Source: an uncultured bacterium (GTDB lineage: Bacteria; Patescibacteriota; Microgenomatia; Levybacterales; UBA12049). From it: a stretch of 64,000 nucleotides of DNA. Below, piece after piece: positions 20,123 through 29,810 of the stretch (position 1 is the stretch's first letter; each line of letters begins with the position of its first letter). The stretch lies in assembly GCA_963826535.1 (NCBI GenBank), contig CAWGXL010000008.1, positions 2,679 through 66,678 on the forward strand. Reading direction: 5' to 3'. A model generated the notes under the pieces. It saw only the letters and a program-made list of their open reading frames with translations. It was not told the origin of the DNA and ran no database searches. Made by a program: the position numbers and the translations under genes.

Positions 20123-20734
20123 ATGGTTAAACACTATAGGAAATATATTGAAGTGAGTTATAAAATCTGCCAATTTAAGTGGCAAAAAAGAAGTGATGGT
20201 ATTAAAGAGTGGAATGGTAAATGTAAAAAATGTAGATACGTTGACAGATTTACGGACGCTGCTAAGATTCAAATATCAAAAGCACTAATTGGCAGATTTA
20301 CAGGCAGAAATCACCCTAATTGGGTAGAGCCAAAACTTTGTATTGACTGCCATATCCCGTTATCTAAAAAGTCAGGAAAAGATAAACGGCCAGTGAGATG
20401 TAAAAAATGTTTTGATGTTTTTAATAGAAAAGAAAACCATTGGAATTGGCAAAACGGATTATCAAATGAAAATCATTTAATAAGAAATTCAGTGAAGTAT
20501 AAGGGTTGGGCTAAGGCAGTTAAAGAAAGGGATAATTATACTTGCGTGATATGCAATAAAAAAGGAGGTGAATTACATTCCGACCACATTCAACCCTTTT
20601 CGCTATATCCCGATTTACGATTTGAAATATCAAACGGTAGAACACTATGTAAACCTTGTCACCAAAATTATGGATGGAACTTATTTAAAGAAAACAATCC
20701 GAGAAAACCTGTACAACTAAAACAAACCGGATAA
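20123..20734 (+). CDS. HNH endonuclease with Zn-finger N-terminus (free-standing homing type)
   Basis: VKERDNYTCVIC...HSDHI...SNGRTLCKPCH. Confidence 0.9.
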   Translation: MVKHYRKYIEVSYKICQFKWQKRSDGIKEWNGKCKKCRYVDRFTDAAKIQISKALIGRFTGRNHPNWVEPKLCIDCHIPLSKKSGKDKRPVRCKKCFDVFNRKENHWNWQNGLSNENHLIRNSVKYKGWAKAVKERDNYTCVICNKKGGELHSDHIQPFSLYPDLRFEISNGRTLCKPCHQNYGWNLFKENNPRKPVQLKQTG

Positions 20735-20748
20735 AAAAATAAAAATAT

Positions 20749-21192
20749 ATGAAAAAGATACTTTTAGCAGCAATGATTTTAGTAAGTGTAAACTCTTTTG
20801 CTCAAATAGATTCCGGTAAAATAAAAACCTCTATATCGCTCCAGGTAAGAGACTGGCTTTACCTCAACAGTTTTCTTGCCACTTCTTCAGACGAGTTTGA
20901 AAATGTTTATGATTCTATGAAAGTAAAGTTAAGGGTAGCGGTTGCGCCAAATTTAACCACAGTAATCAAAGTGGATTCTGTCAGGCAGAACCAAATAGTA
21001 AGGCTTGCACAACTACTAAAAGGTTCAGAATATGGGGTGGTGGCAATCCCTTATACACGGATAAATACCGCGCTTAAATCAAACGCTTATCTAACGCAAA
21101 AGATTGATGATATGGATGCCACATATACGGCTCAATACAATCAGCGGGTGCAGGGTGAATTGGATAAATTAAGAAAGGTATTACAACAATAA
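20749..21192 (+). CDS. Signal-peptide helical protein downstream of fibre 2
   Basis: MKKILLAAMILVSVNSFA|Q. Confidence 0.75.
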   Translation: MKKILLAAMILVSVNSFAQIDSGKIKTSISLQVRDWLYLNSFLATSSDEFENVYDSMKVKLRVAVAPNLTTVIKVDSVRQNQIVRLAQLLKGSEYGVVAIPYTRINTALKSNAYLTQKIDDMDATYTAQYNQRVQGELDKLRKVLQQ

Positions 21193-21206
21193 AAAATGAG
21201 CAATGA

Positions 21207-23648
21207 ATGGTTTTGACGAAAAAAACAATATTAGGTTTTGCATGGTTATTCATAATAATAACTCTTATACTCTTTGCTATACCTGCAAGAGCAATTGATT
21301 ATTACATTAGTTCTTCGGGAAGCGATATCAACAACGGTACTTCAACATCAACACCATGGGCTTCCATAGCGAAACTAAATAGCTTTTTTTCAAGTCTTCA
21401 ACCAGGTGACAACGTTTACTTCAAAAGAGGTGAAACATTCTACGGAACAATAACGGTAAATAAATCCGGTACTTCAAGTGCGCCTATTACTATTGGCGCT
21501 TATAGTACAGGGAACAGACCTCTCATTTCATCACTGATAACCGTATCAGGGTGGACAGCAGACCCAACATATACAGGTGTATATAGGAGTGCCATTAACT
21601 CAGCATTACCTTCTACTACAGTTAATATAGTATTAAGGAATGGACTGCAGGAGCCTATAGGCAGGTTCCCAAACCGTGACTATCCAACACCTCTTACAAA
21701 AGGATGGTTATCGTTAACCGGCCCAATAAACGGCTATACATCTATTACTCATTCACCAAGTGCCTCCGTTGCAGACTGGACGGGTGCAGAGCTTGTATTA
21801 AAAAGGGTGGCATGGATCATAGATAGAAATCCTATTACATCTCATTCGGGTAATATTATTACTTATTCTACAGCTCATTATTCAACCTCTAAATACGCAC
21901 CACTCTCTGGCTGGGGCTACTTTTTTCAATCTCATCCGCGAACCCTTGATCAATTAGGAGAATGGTATTATGATAAAGCTACAAAGCAGTTAAGTATGTA
22001 TTTCGGTAGCGGTGGAGTAGGCTCAAACGTTGTTCAGGTAGCAGCACTTCAACAGGTGATTTACAATGCCGGTTTTGATTATATAACATTCCAGGATTTA
22101 AACTTAGAAGCAGCTAATGACCAGGTAATTTATTTGTTTGGCACTTCAGGTAACAGGATTATAAATAATAAGATCATAGGTTGTAATGTACAATATGGTG
22201 GAGCTTATGGAATAAGAGCACCGGGTACTACAGGGCTTCTAATAGAAAATTGTTCTGTTAACAATCACAATAATAGTGGTATTGAACTTTCACCACAGGC
22301 AGCACAAGGGAGTATCAACTCTATAATAAGAAATTGTGAAGTAAGAGACATTCAACAAATAGTTGGTATGGGATTAAGTGGTGATGGACAAGGTAGGTCA
22401 ATTGGTAACTCAGACGGTGGACTCATTGAATATTGTACAATTATTAATTCCGGTTATATAGGTGTGCAAATTGGTGGCAACAATTCAATAGTTGATTATA
22501 ATTTAATTGATAGTATCGGTAATACAAAAGATGATGGTGGAGCAATTTATGAATCATCCAGTACATCAACACTAAACACAGGTAGAAAAGTGCGAAACAA
22601 TATCATATTACATGGTATTGGTGCCCCGGATGGGACGCTTAATAGTGCCGGCGGATTACAGGTAAACAAAAGCGTCAAAGGTATTTATATGGATGACTAT
22701 GCGAGTGGTACAGAGATAAGCGGTAATACTGTTGCATACTATCAATATGGGCTATTCTCACATAGCGGAAGAAATAACACCTGGTATAATAACACACTTT
22801 ACGGTAATGGTACAGGTAGCCCGGAGGGAGCCGGTTTATATTTTCAGCAAAATACAAATGATGTATCAAGGGGTAATGTCTTTAAGAAAAACATTGTATT
22901 TGCAACTACAAATTCAAGTGGTCAGGAAAATATACTTACTATGTTCACGGAATTTAACGATATAAATCTATTGGGTATTATAGACAGTAATTATTATGTC
23001 AGGCCACTTGATAGCAACCTGATTATTAAGATCACCCGTACGGGTTCGGCTATTGCTTATTATAATTTAACTCAGTGGAGAAACGCTACCATATATGATA
23101 ATAATACTTCCAAATCACCTCTATCATATCCGAGGCTTACAGCGCCTTCAACAATATTTAGATTTGAATATAATGCAACTAATTCACCTGTAACAATAAG
23201 CGGCTTTGGTGGATTCTATTGGTTGGATGGAAAAGGTACCCAATATTCACAGTCATTACTTTTACAACCTTATTCTTCAGTCGCTCTAATGAAAGGCGCA
23301 GTAGATGGCAGTAGTTCTAATATTGCGCCAACAGTAAGTATAATAAGCCCTTCCAGCGGTGCAGGTTATACGGCTCCTGGTACTGTGGTTATAGATGTTA
23401 CCGCAGGAGATGCAGATGGAACAATAGACCACATTGATTTTTATAGCGGAGGTACATTAATTGGCACTGATAATACTTCACCATACTCTTTTACGTGGAC
23501 ACCTGTTGGAGCGGGTAATTATTCATTAACAGCAGTAGCAATCGATAATGATGGCGGTATCACTACATCATCTTCAAAATCAATTACAGTAGCTAATCTT
23601 TCAAATCCGGTAATAGAAATTAAGATAAGAAAAAAACTTAAAGTATGA
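21207..23648 (+). CDS. Secreted right-handed beta-helix (pectate-lyase-like) protein with C-terminal Ig-like (Big_7-like) domain
   Basis: Signal peptide ..PARA|; YYISSSGSD.NNG, LQPGD.VYFKRG, LDQLGEWYY, DDGGAIY, GIYMDD; NIAPTVSI..A.DADG.I...YSLTAVAIDN. Confidence 0.85.
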   Translation: MVLTKKTILGFAWLFIIITLILFAIPARAIDYYISSSGSDINNGTSTSTPWASIAKLNSFFSSLQPGDNVYFKRGETFYGTITVNKSGTSSAPITIGAYSTGNRPLISSLITVSGWTADPTYTGVYRSAINSALPSTTVNIVLRNGLQEPIGRFPNRDYPTPLTKGWLSLTGPINGYTSITHSPSASVADWTGAELVLKRVAWIIDRNPITSHSGNIITYSTAHYSTSKYAPLSGWGYFFQSHPRTLDQLGEWYYDKATKQLSMYFGSGGVGSNVVQVAALQQVIYNAGFDYITFQDLNLEAANDQVIYLFGTSGNRIINNKIIGCNVQYGGAYGIRAPGTTGLLIENCSVNNHNNSGIELSPQAAQGSINSIIRNCEVRDIQQIVGMGLSGDGQGRSIGNSDGGLIEYCTIINSGYIGVQIGGNNSIVDYNLIDSIGNTKDDGGAIYESSSTSTLNTGRKVRNNIILHGIGAPDGTLNSAGGLQVNKSVKGIYMDDYASGTEISGNTVAYYQYGLFSHSGRNNTWYNNTLYGNGTGSPEGAGLYFQQNTNDVSRGNVFKKNIVFATTNSSGQENILTMFTEFNDINLLGIIDSNYYVRPLDSNLIIKITRTGSAIAYYNLTQWRNATIYDNNTSKSPLSYPRLTAPSTIFRFEYNATNSPVTISGFGGFYWLDGKGTQYSQSLLLQPYSSVALMKGAVDGSSSNIAPTVSIISPSSGAGYTAPGTVVIDVTAGDADGTIDHIDFYSGGTLIGTDNTSPYSFTWTPVGAGNYSLTAVAIDNDGGITTSSSKSITVANLSNPVIEIKIRKKLKV

Positions 23649-26491
23649 AATACCTGTTAACGATATTAATATTTATTTCATGCAATCAGTCTGAACCAAA
23701 AGTCACTACAAGAAGTACAACAGCATCAACAACAGGCAGAACTTTTTACATTTCTGAAAGTGGTAATGATGGAGGAAGCGGTACCATTAATTCACCATGG
23801 AGAACGATAAATAAACTAAACTCTTATTTCGGTAGCCTTCAGGCCGGTGATGTAGTATTATTTAGAAGAGGTGAAACATTTTACGGAACAATCACAGTAA
23901 ACAAATCGGGCACTTCAGGCAATCCTATTGTTATTAGCGATTACGGTGAAGGCGCAAAGCCTGTTATAACTTCCCTTGTTACACTTTCAGGATGGAATAA
24001 TGCAGGCAATGGTGTCTATGAAAGTGCCTCTAATTCTTCGTTTGATGCAGCCGTAAATGTGGTCCTTTTGAATGGTGTTATAAAAGGTATTGGCCGTTAT
24101 CCAAATGACACTTATTTGTATCTGGAAAGTCATGTAAGCAATACTTCCATAACAGATAATCAATTACCTTCTTCTCCAAATTGGACGGGAGCCGACGTTA
24201 TCATAAGAACTTCACGATGGACACTTGACAAAGGGAAAATAACAAATCATTCAGGGACCCGGATTACTTATACTCCCACACCTAACACTTACACACCGGT
24301 AAATAATTATGGGTACTTTATTCAGAATAATATTAAGACACTTGATCAGTTAGGGGAGTGGTATTACAATCCTTCAACGAAAAGGATTTATATGTATTTC
24401 GGGAGTAATAATCCGTCATCCTATAATGTGCAGGCCGCTTCATCTGATAACCTTGTTTACTCATCAAACAGAAGCTATGTGGGATTTGAAAATATAGAGT
24501 TCAAAGGAGCTAACGGTAACAATATAAATATTGTTGGTGGGGTAAATAATTTTATGACTAATTGTGATGTTGACTTTTCAGGCAAAGACGGACTAAACGT
24601 AACAGGCAGTTATTTTAAGTTAGAAAATTCAACGGTAATTAACTCGCTTAACAATGGTGTTCATGTTGGTAACTGCTATGCTTCACAAGTAAGAAATAAC
24701 CTGATAAAAAATAATTATTTCATTGCAGGTATGGGCGGAAGCGGAAATGGGCAAGGAGCAGGTGTAAGAAATAGTACAAACGGACTTGTAGAATATAATC
24801 AAATTATCAATTCAGGTTATATAGGTGTGCAACTTGGCGGCAATAATGCAATAGTTAAAAACAATCTTATTGACAGTTTTTGCTTTGTCAAAGATGATGG
24901 TGCAGCCGTATATACTTCTAATGGTGAGAATAATACATACACAGGAAGAAAGATAATAGGCAACATTATTTTAAATGCTATAGGTGCGCCAGCTGGCACT
25001 CCTTCAACAGCATATTCAGCGGAGGGTATTTACATGGATGATAATGTTAACGGGGTTGAAATTTCCGGTAACACTATTGCTAATTGTAACAGGGGTATAT
25101 TTCTTCATAATACCAAAAGTATAGGTGTAAAAGATAATACTGTTTTTTCAAATATAAATGGGCAGCTGTTTATGAAACATGATGCTTTAGGGGTTGCCCT
25201 CAGAGATCATATAATTACAAACAATATATTTTTTGCAAAGCAGTTGACGCAAAATGTAGCATCATTTATAACGAAGGATAATGATATCGCTCACATCGGA
25301 GATTTAGATAATAATTACTATGTACGTCCAATAAATGATAGGGTTACTTTTTATTCAACAATTTACTATTTAGCATCGGCGCAAGTTGTCAATTATATGG
25401 ATTTGGAAGCATGGAAAAGTAAGTACCCACATGATGAAGGTAGCAACATTTCCAGCAAATCAATTTCACCTTACAAACTTATCGGTTTGATAGGATCAAG
25501 CAAGTTTGCAAATAGCAGTTTCAATTCAAACGTATCAGGTGTTTTTGCAAATAAATGTGCTGTCTCATGGAGTAATTCAAATATGGATGGAGGCCATTTA
25601 AAAGTAGTTCCATCCGGTGAAGGATCAACAATTGTTATGAGTATTGGTGGGCTTACTTCCGGTAAAAGGTATATATTAAGGTATAGTGCGAAAAGCACAG
25701 CTACAATGAGCATAGCAGCCAATTTACGGGCAGCTAATTATATTCCTAACACCTTGCTTATGAGACGCACAATTTCTCCTAACAGATCTGAAAATGAGAT
25801 TTTATTTCAACCGTTTACAAATGAATCAAGTGCTGCACTTGTATTCACGGCAGCAGAAAGAGCAACCTATTATTTAGACAACATTCAACTCTATGAAGCA
25901 AACGCAACAGTAACCGACGTAGAAGATTCTATACGGTTTGAATACAATGCATCAACTAATACAAAATTGATTACACTGGATGGAAAATATACCGACGTTA
26001 AAAATAATATTTATGATCAGGGGATAACATTACAACCTTATTCATCAGCTGTACTAATAAAAGTAGGTGCGGGTATTATTAATCCTCCTATAGAATATGA
26101 ATCAGGAATATTAGAATCTGAAAATGCTGTTTTATATAATGCTGTTGTTGCATCAAATCATGCAGGCTTTACAGGAACAGGCTTTGCGGATTACATAAAT
26201 ACTACAGGTGATTTCGTAGAGTTCACGCTAAACAAAAAAAATACCGGATCGGCTTCACTTAGTTTTCGGTATGCTAATGGCGGATCTGCTAATCGTCCGT
26301 TAAGATTGGAAATTAATGGTATGATTAAAGCCGATGGACTTGCTTTTCCGCCGACAGGAGGTTGGGCTAAATGGTCAACAACAATACTGCCGGCAAACCT
26401 CAATGCAGGTGATAATAAAATAAGATTAACGGCTATCGGTAGCAGCGCGGGGAATATAGATCATTTGGCATGGGAGGACTTAAAGCCATGA
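23645..26491 (+). CDS. Lipoprotein beta-helix paralog with carbohydrate-binding modules (C-terminal CBM35-like)
   Basis: Lipobox FIS|C; same beta-helix motifs; ESENA..GFTGTGFADY..FRYANG..FPPTGGW..NIDHL. Confidence 0.85.
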   Translation: MKYLLTILIFISCNQSEPKVTTRSTTASTTGRTFYISESGNDGGSGTINSPWRTINKLNSYFGSLQAGDVVLFRRGETFYGTITVNKSGTSGNPIVISDYGEGAKPVITSLVTLSGWNNAGNGVYESASNSSFDAAVNVVLLNGVIKGIGRYPNDTYLYLESHVSNTSITDNQLPSSPNWTGADVIIRTSRWTLDKGKITNHSGTRITYTPTPNTYTPVNNYGYFIQNNIKTLDQLGEWYYNPSTKRIYMYFGSNNPSSYNVQAASSDNLVYSSNRSYVGFENIEFKGANGNNINIVGGVNNFMTNCDVDFSGKDGLNVTGSYFKLENSTVINSLNNGVHVGNCYASQVRNNLIKNNYFIAGMGGSGNGQGAGVRNSTNGLVEYNQIINSGYIGVQLGGNNAIVKNNLIDSFCFVKDDGAAVYTSNGENNTYTGRKIIGNIILNAIGAPAGTPSTAYSAEGIYMDDNVNGVEISGNTIANCNRGIFLHNTKSIGVKDNTVFSNINGQLFMKHDALGVALRDHIITNNIFFAKQLTQNVASFITKDNDIAHIGDLDNNYYVRPINDRVTFYSTIYYLASAQVVNYMDLEAWKSKYPHDEGSNISSKSISPYKLIGLIGSSKFANSSFNSNVSGVFANKCAVSWSNSNMDGGHLKVVPSGEGSTIVMSIGGLTSGKRYILRYSAKSTATMSIAANLRAANYIPNTLLMRRTISPNRSENEILFQPFTNESSAALVFTAAERATYYLDNIQLYEANATVTDVEDSIRFEYNASTNTKLITLDGKYTDVKNNIYDQGITLQPYSSAVLIKVGAGIINPPIEYESGILESENAVLYNAVVASNHAGFTGTGFADYINTTGDFVEFTLNKKNTGSASLSFRYANGGSANRPLRLEINGMIKADGLAFPPTGGWAKWSTTILPANLNAGDNKIRLTAIGSSAGNIDHLAWEDLKP

Positions 26492-26787
26492 CAACAGTCA
26501 AACAAATAAATATTGACAAAAAGGAGAAACGGGTTACAAGGCAACAATACCGGGATGATGAACTACTAATAATTCTGAATCATCTAAAAGACGGGAAAGG
26601 ATTAAAAGAAATCGCTGCCTTAATGTTTCTAAGCGTTAATACTCTTTATGGCAAAGTTGAGCTTTTAAAATTTGACTGGGATGCAAGAAATTTAACGCAC
26701 CTGGTCGCACTTGGTTATCAAAAACGATATTTAAAAGTAGAAAATATTGAACATAAAAATAAAATTATTGAGGACTTGAAACCATGA
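26488..26787 (+). CDS. Stand-alone LuxR/GerE-type HTH protein
   Basis: L.HLKDGKGLKEIAALMFLSVNTL...ARNLTHLVALG. Confidence 0.85.
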   Translation: MTTVKQINIDKKEKRVTRQQYRDDELLIILNHLKDGKGLKEIAALMFLSVNTLYGKVELLKFDWDARNLTHLVALGYQKRYLKVENIEHKNKIIEDLKP

Positions 26788-27269
26788 TAGATATATCACA
26801 AATAAAATTATTGGCTATTGATGATGATGAAGGTATTATAGAAATACTTGAGCTTATGTTTAGTATGCATAAGGATGTCATTCCACAATATGAACTTTTT
26901 ACAGACGTAAGTAAGTTTATCTCGGCATTAAAACCTAATGTACACATTTGTATAGTAGATTATTTTTTGCACAGGCAAAACGGTCTTTCGCTAATTCAGC
27001 AGGTACTTAAAACTAATCCTTATTGCTGGTTTATTATGTTTTCAGGACAAAAAGATTTACAAGTTATTATAGACTTTATGAACAACACACATGGCAGCAG
27101 GTATATCGAAAAAGGCTCACAAGATTTTATGGATAAAATGCTTACTTATATAAAAGATATTGTTAGTAGGATAACTAAAATTGAATCACTTTTTTTTGAA
27201 TCATATCAAAATAGAAAAGCACTTAAAGAATTAAATATTACACTTACCAATTTAAAGGAGAATTTATAG
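26784..27269 (+). CDS. Stand-alone response-regulator receiver domain protein
   Basis: LLAIDDD, CIVDYFL (phospho-Asp), NGLSLI, MFSG, YIEK. Confidence 0.9.
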   Translation: MIDISQIKLLAIDDDEGIIEILELMFSMHKDVIPQYELFTDVSKFISALKPNVHICIVDYFLHRQNGLSLIQQVLKTNPYCWFIMFSGQKDLQVIIDFMNNTHGSRYIEKGSQDFMDKMLTYIKDIVSRITKIESLFFESYQNRKALKELNITLTNLKENL

Positions 27270-27805
27270 TGGAAAATTTAACAGACATTATTTCATATCT
27301 GGTAGGTGCAGGAGGAGTTATACTTTTTGTACTTGCATGGATAAGATTCAGGCATAGAGATAGTGCCGCTACGAATAAGATAAATGCCGAATCACTGAAA
27401 GTAAAGGCTGAAGCACAGGAAATACGAGCAAAAGCCGATGTATTAATTACAGACGGCGCACTAAGGATTGTTGATAGATTATCAGCGGATTTGGATGAAG
27501 CAAGAGACGAGATTGAAAAATTATTAAAAGTATCTGCTAAAATATCAGAACTATATGAAAAGTCTAAAATAGACCATAAAAAAGAAATTGAAGGATTAAA
27601 TCACCAATTAAAATACTCTAAAGATTTACTTGAAACTAAGAAACGGCATTGTATTGATACAAGAGCAAGAGTTAAACAATTACAAGATTTGCTAAAACTA
27701 AAGCAGGAAGGATTAACACAAGTACAGTTAGAGGAATTTATTTCAAAATTGAATGAGTTAATTAATTCTGCTCCATTAATAACACCAACAAATCTAAGTA
27801 GCTAA
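27269..27805 (+). CDS. N-terminal TM + coiled-coil protein (holin/lysis-accessory-like)
   Basis: One hydrophobic helix followed by a long coiled coil; lysis-region position. Confidence 0.55.
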   Translation: MENLTDIISYLVGAGGVILFVLAWIRFRHRDSAATNKINAESLKVKAEAQEIRAKADVLITDGALRIVDRLSADLDEARDEIEKLLKVSAKISELYEKSKIDHKKEIEGLNHQLKYSKDLLETKKRHCIDTRARVKQLQDLLKLKQEGLTQVQLEEFISKLNELINSAPLITPTNLSS

Positions 27806-27806
27806 A

Positions 27807-28115
27807 ATGGCTGAAAGTAATAGCATAGAAGAAATAAAAACAAGGCTGGAGGTTCAGACTGTAGTTAAACAGGAGCTTGCTGGTATGCTTAGACAAAACT
27901 CTCGCAGACAGTTAATACAATCTATTCTCACAGCTATGTGTACAGTAGCAACTATTATAGTTTTCATTTTCTACTTCACCCGTCCTACAAAGACAGATAT
28001 ATTAGTATTTAAGCAAATTCAAAGGGAAAGAATGTTGCTAAGAGCAGAACGGGATAGTATGTTAAAAGAAAAAGAAAATCTGCAAAGATTACAAATGAGA
28101 AAGAAGGGCTTTTAA
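27807..28115 (+). CDS. Single-TM membrane protein
   Basis: Central hydrophobic helix, basic tail. Confidence 0.55.
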   Translation: MAESNSIEEIKTRLEVQTVVKQELAGMLRQNSRRQLIQSILTAMCTVATIIVFIFYFTRPTKTDILVFKQIQRERMLLRAERDSMLKEKENLQRLQMRKKGF

Positions 28116-28146
28116 AAACCTATGAAACCAATTAAAATCCATATCA

Positions 28147-28899
28147 ATGAAACACTTATTATTAATTATTGTTTTGTTTTCGTGTTCGAAAACAGAATTA
28201 CCAAAAACTGAAATTGAAGGTAAATTGACAATTAATGCACCAAAAAACCGAGGGTTAAGAGCACCAGACATGAGCATACTTGGGGATGAGAGTTGGTGGC
28301 CCATTAGTCATGGTGCTTTTCAATTCATAGAAACGTATTGGAAAGAAGTTAAGTTAGGCGACTACCTGAATGATGTGTACAAGATTCAACCAGGCATGAA
28401 GTTAATAATGAAAACAAATTGCCCTATTGTTAATATGCCTGAAATGCAAAAAGGACGGCCGAAACAAACTTGCGATTATGCATGGATAATTAACAAACAA
28501 ACACAATGCTACCAAGATACAGTTAATAACGAAAATGAATGTGGAAGCATGTTAGCAGTTGAGGTGACAAGAAACGATACATTAGTAGGCTTTATAGAAA
28601 AAACTACATATCGGTTTTTATCGGATTGTCATGCAGATCATATTCCCTGTGTCACTTGCCCTGACTTAGATAGAAAAATTTTTATGATTCAGCCGGCCTG
28701 GTCAGTAGATTTCTATTTTCTCTATACAGATATAACGGACCTTATACCACTAACCGGAACCAGTGAAATAGTTGTTACTCCGACTGTTAATTTCAGGCGT
28801 ATATGGATAGAACAGAATTACAATAATAATTCTTTGGACATTCCTATTACATTATTACCGGATGCACCATATGCAAGATTTACAAATCAGGCTTTATAA
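28147..28899 (+). CDS. Cys-rich lipoprotein, possible lysyl-oxidase-like fold
   Basis: Lipobox LFS|C; C-terminus W..D.Y...DIT....VN....IEQNYNNN. Confidence 0.5.
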   Translation: MKHLLLIIVLFSCSKTELPKTEIEGKLTINAPKNRGLRAPDMSILGDESWWPISHGAFQFIETYWKEVKLGDYLNDVYKIQPGMKLIMKTNCPIVNMPEMQKGRPKQTCDYAWIINKQTQCYQDTVNNENECGSMLAVEVTRNDTLVGFIEKTTYRFLSDCHADHIPCVTCPDLDRKIFMIQPAWSVDFYFLYTDITDLIPLTGTSEIVVTPTVNFRRIWIEQNYNNNSLDIPITLLPDAPYARFTNQAL

Positions 28900-28927
28900 A
28901 TTAAGTAACCAATTAAAAATTAAAATT

Positions 28928-29245
28928 ATGACACAAGAAGCGCAAACAGTTCCTCCTAAAGGGCTTTACACTTTACAAGTAAGCGACTTTGTAAAAGGGT
29001 TAGGATTTGTTTTATTCGGCAATTTAGCAGCAGCTTTAATTTTTTTAATTCGTCAAGACCATTGGCCTTCCTGGGTTGAATGGCAACCTTATGCCGAAAG
29101 TGCATTAACTGTGTTTTTAGCATATATAGGGAAAAACTTTTTCACTAATAATGTAGGTGAAGTTTTCACACAGGATAAGCCTGTAGTGAAGGTTGATATC
29201 GAAACCTTAGACAACCTAAAGCAAAAAGCACAAAACAACAATTGA
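28928..29245 (+). CDS. Holin (2 TM)
   Basis: DFVKGL...AYIGKNFFTN motif; two hydrophobic helices. Confidence 0.7.
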   Translation: MTQEAQTVPPKGLYTLQVSDFVKGLGFVLFGNLAAALIFLIRQDHWPSWVEWQPYAESALTVFLAYIGKNFFTNNVGEVFTQDKPVVKVDIETLDNLKQKAQNNN

Positions 29246-29345
29246 ATAATAACGAAAAAATCTCAACTGCACTGGTGTTATTAGGATTGATTGGCCTTGC
29301 AATAATATTTCTTTATTTATTAATCTATTATTAAAAATTAAAACT

Positions 29346-29810
29346 ATGTCGTTAAAATCATTCTTAAAAAGTATTGGCACTTTCTTTAAAAAGATTTTCA
29401 ATGGGTTAACTCCTATAGCTAAAGAGGCTATACATATTGGAGTTATCATAACCGAAAACTTAAAAAAATTTGTTGAAAGTGGTACAGCCGATGTACTTAC
29501 ATCTATAATCCCCGGCGATCTTGACGATAAAATAAAAGAAAGATTGCGTAAAGAGCTTCCTGTAATTCTTGTTAAGTTAAAGCTTGCCGAACAATGCAGC
29601 AATGAAACCGAACCGGATAAACTTGTGTTGTGCGCAATTAAAGTTTTGCAATCTATTGAGGGAGATTTCAAAAAAGATTTCTATGATGCCTTAGCTGTCC
29701 AGATAGGGCTTGTTTATGCCGATGGAAAAGTAACATGGGATGAACTAAAATATGTTATTAAATGGTTCTACGATAATAAATTTAAGCCAGAAACTTCAAA
29801 TAATGACTAA
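29346..29810 (+). CDS. Hypothetical lysis-region protein with amphipathic N-terminus
   Basis: MSLKSFLKSIGTFFKKIF; ADGKVTW.E. Confidence 0.65.
   Translation: MSLKSFLKSIGTFFKKIFNGLTPIAKEAIHIGVIITENLKKFVESGTADVLTSIIPGDLDDKIKERLRKELPVILVKLKLAEQCSNETEPDKLVLCAIKVLQSIEGDFKKDFYDALAVQIGLVYADGKVTWDELKYVIKWFYDNKFKPETSNND

Noticed and set aside
20105-20748. Junction duplication around the fibre-region HNH gene
   Set aside because: Only a short A-rich match (aactaaaa), not above background
21207-26491. DGR or shufflon between the two beta-helix genes
   Set aside because: Ordinary diverged paralogs in direct orientation; no invertase or inverted repeats seen
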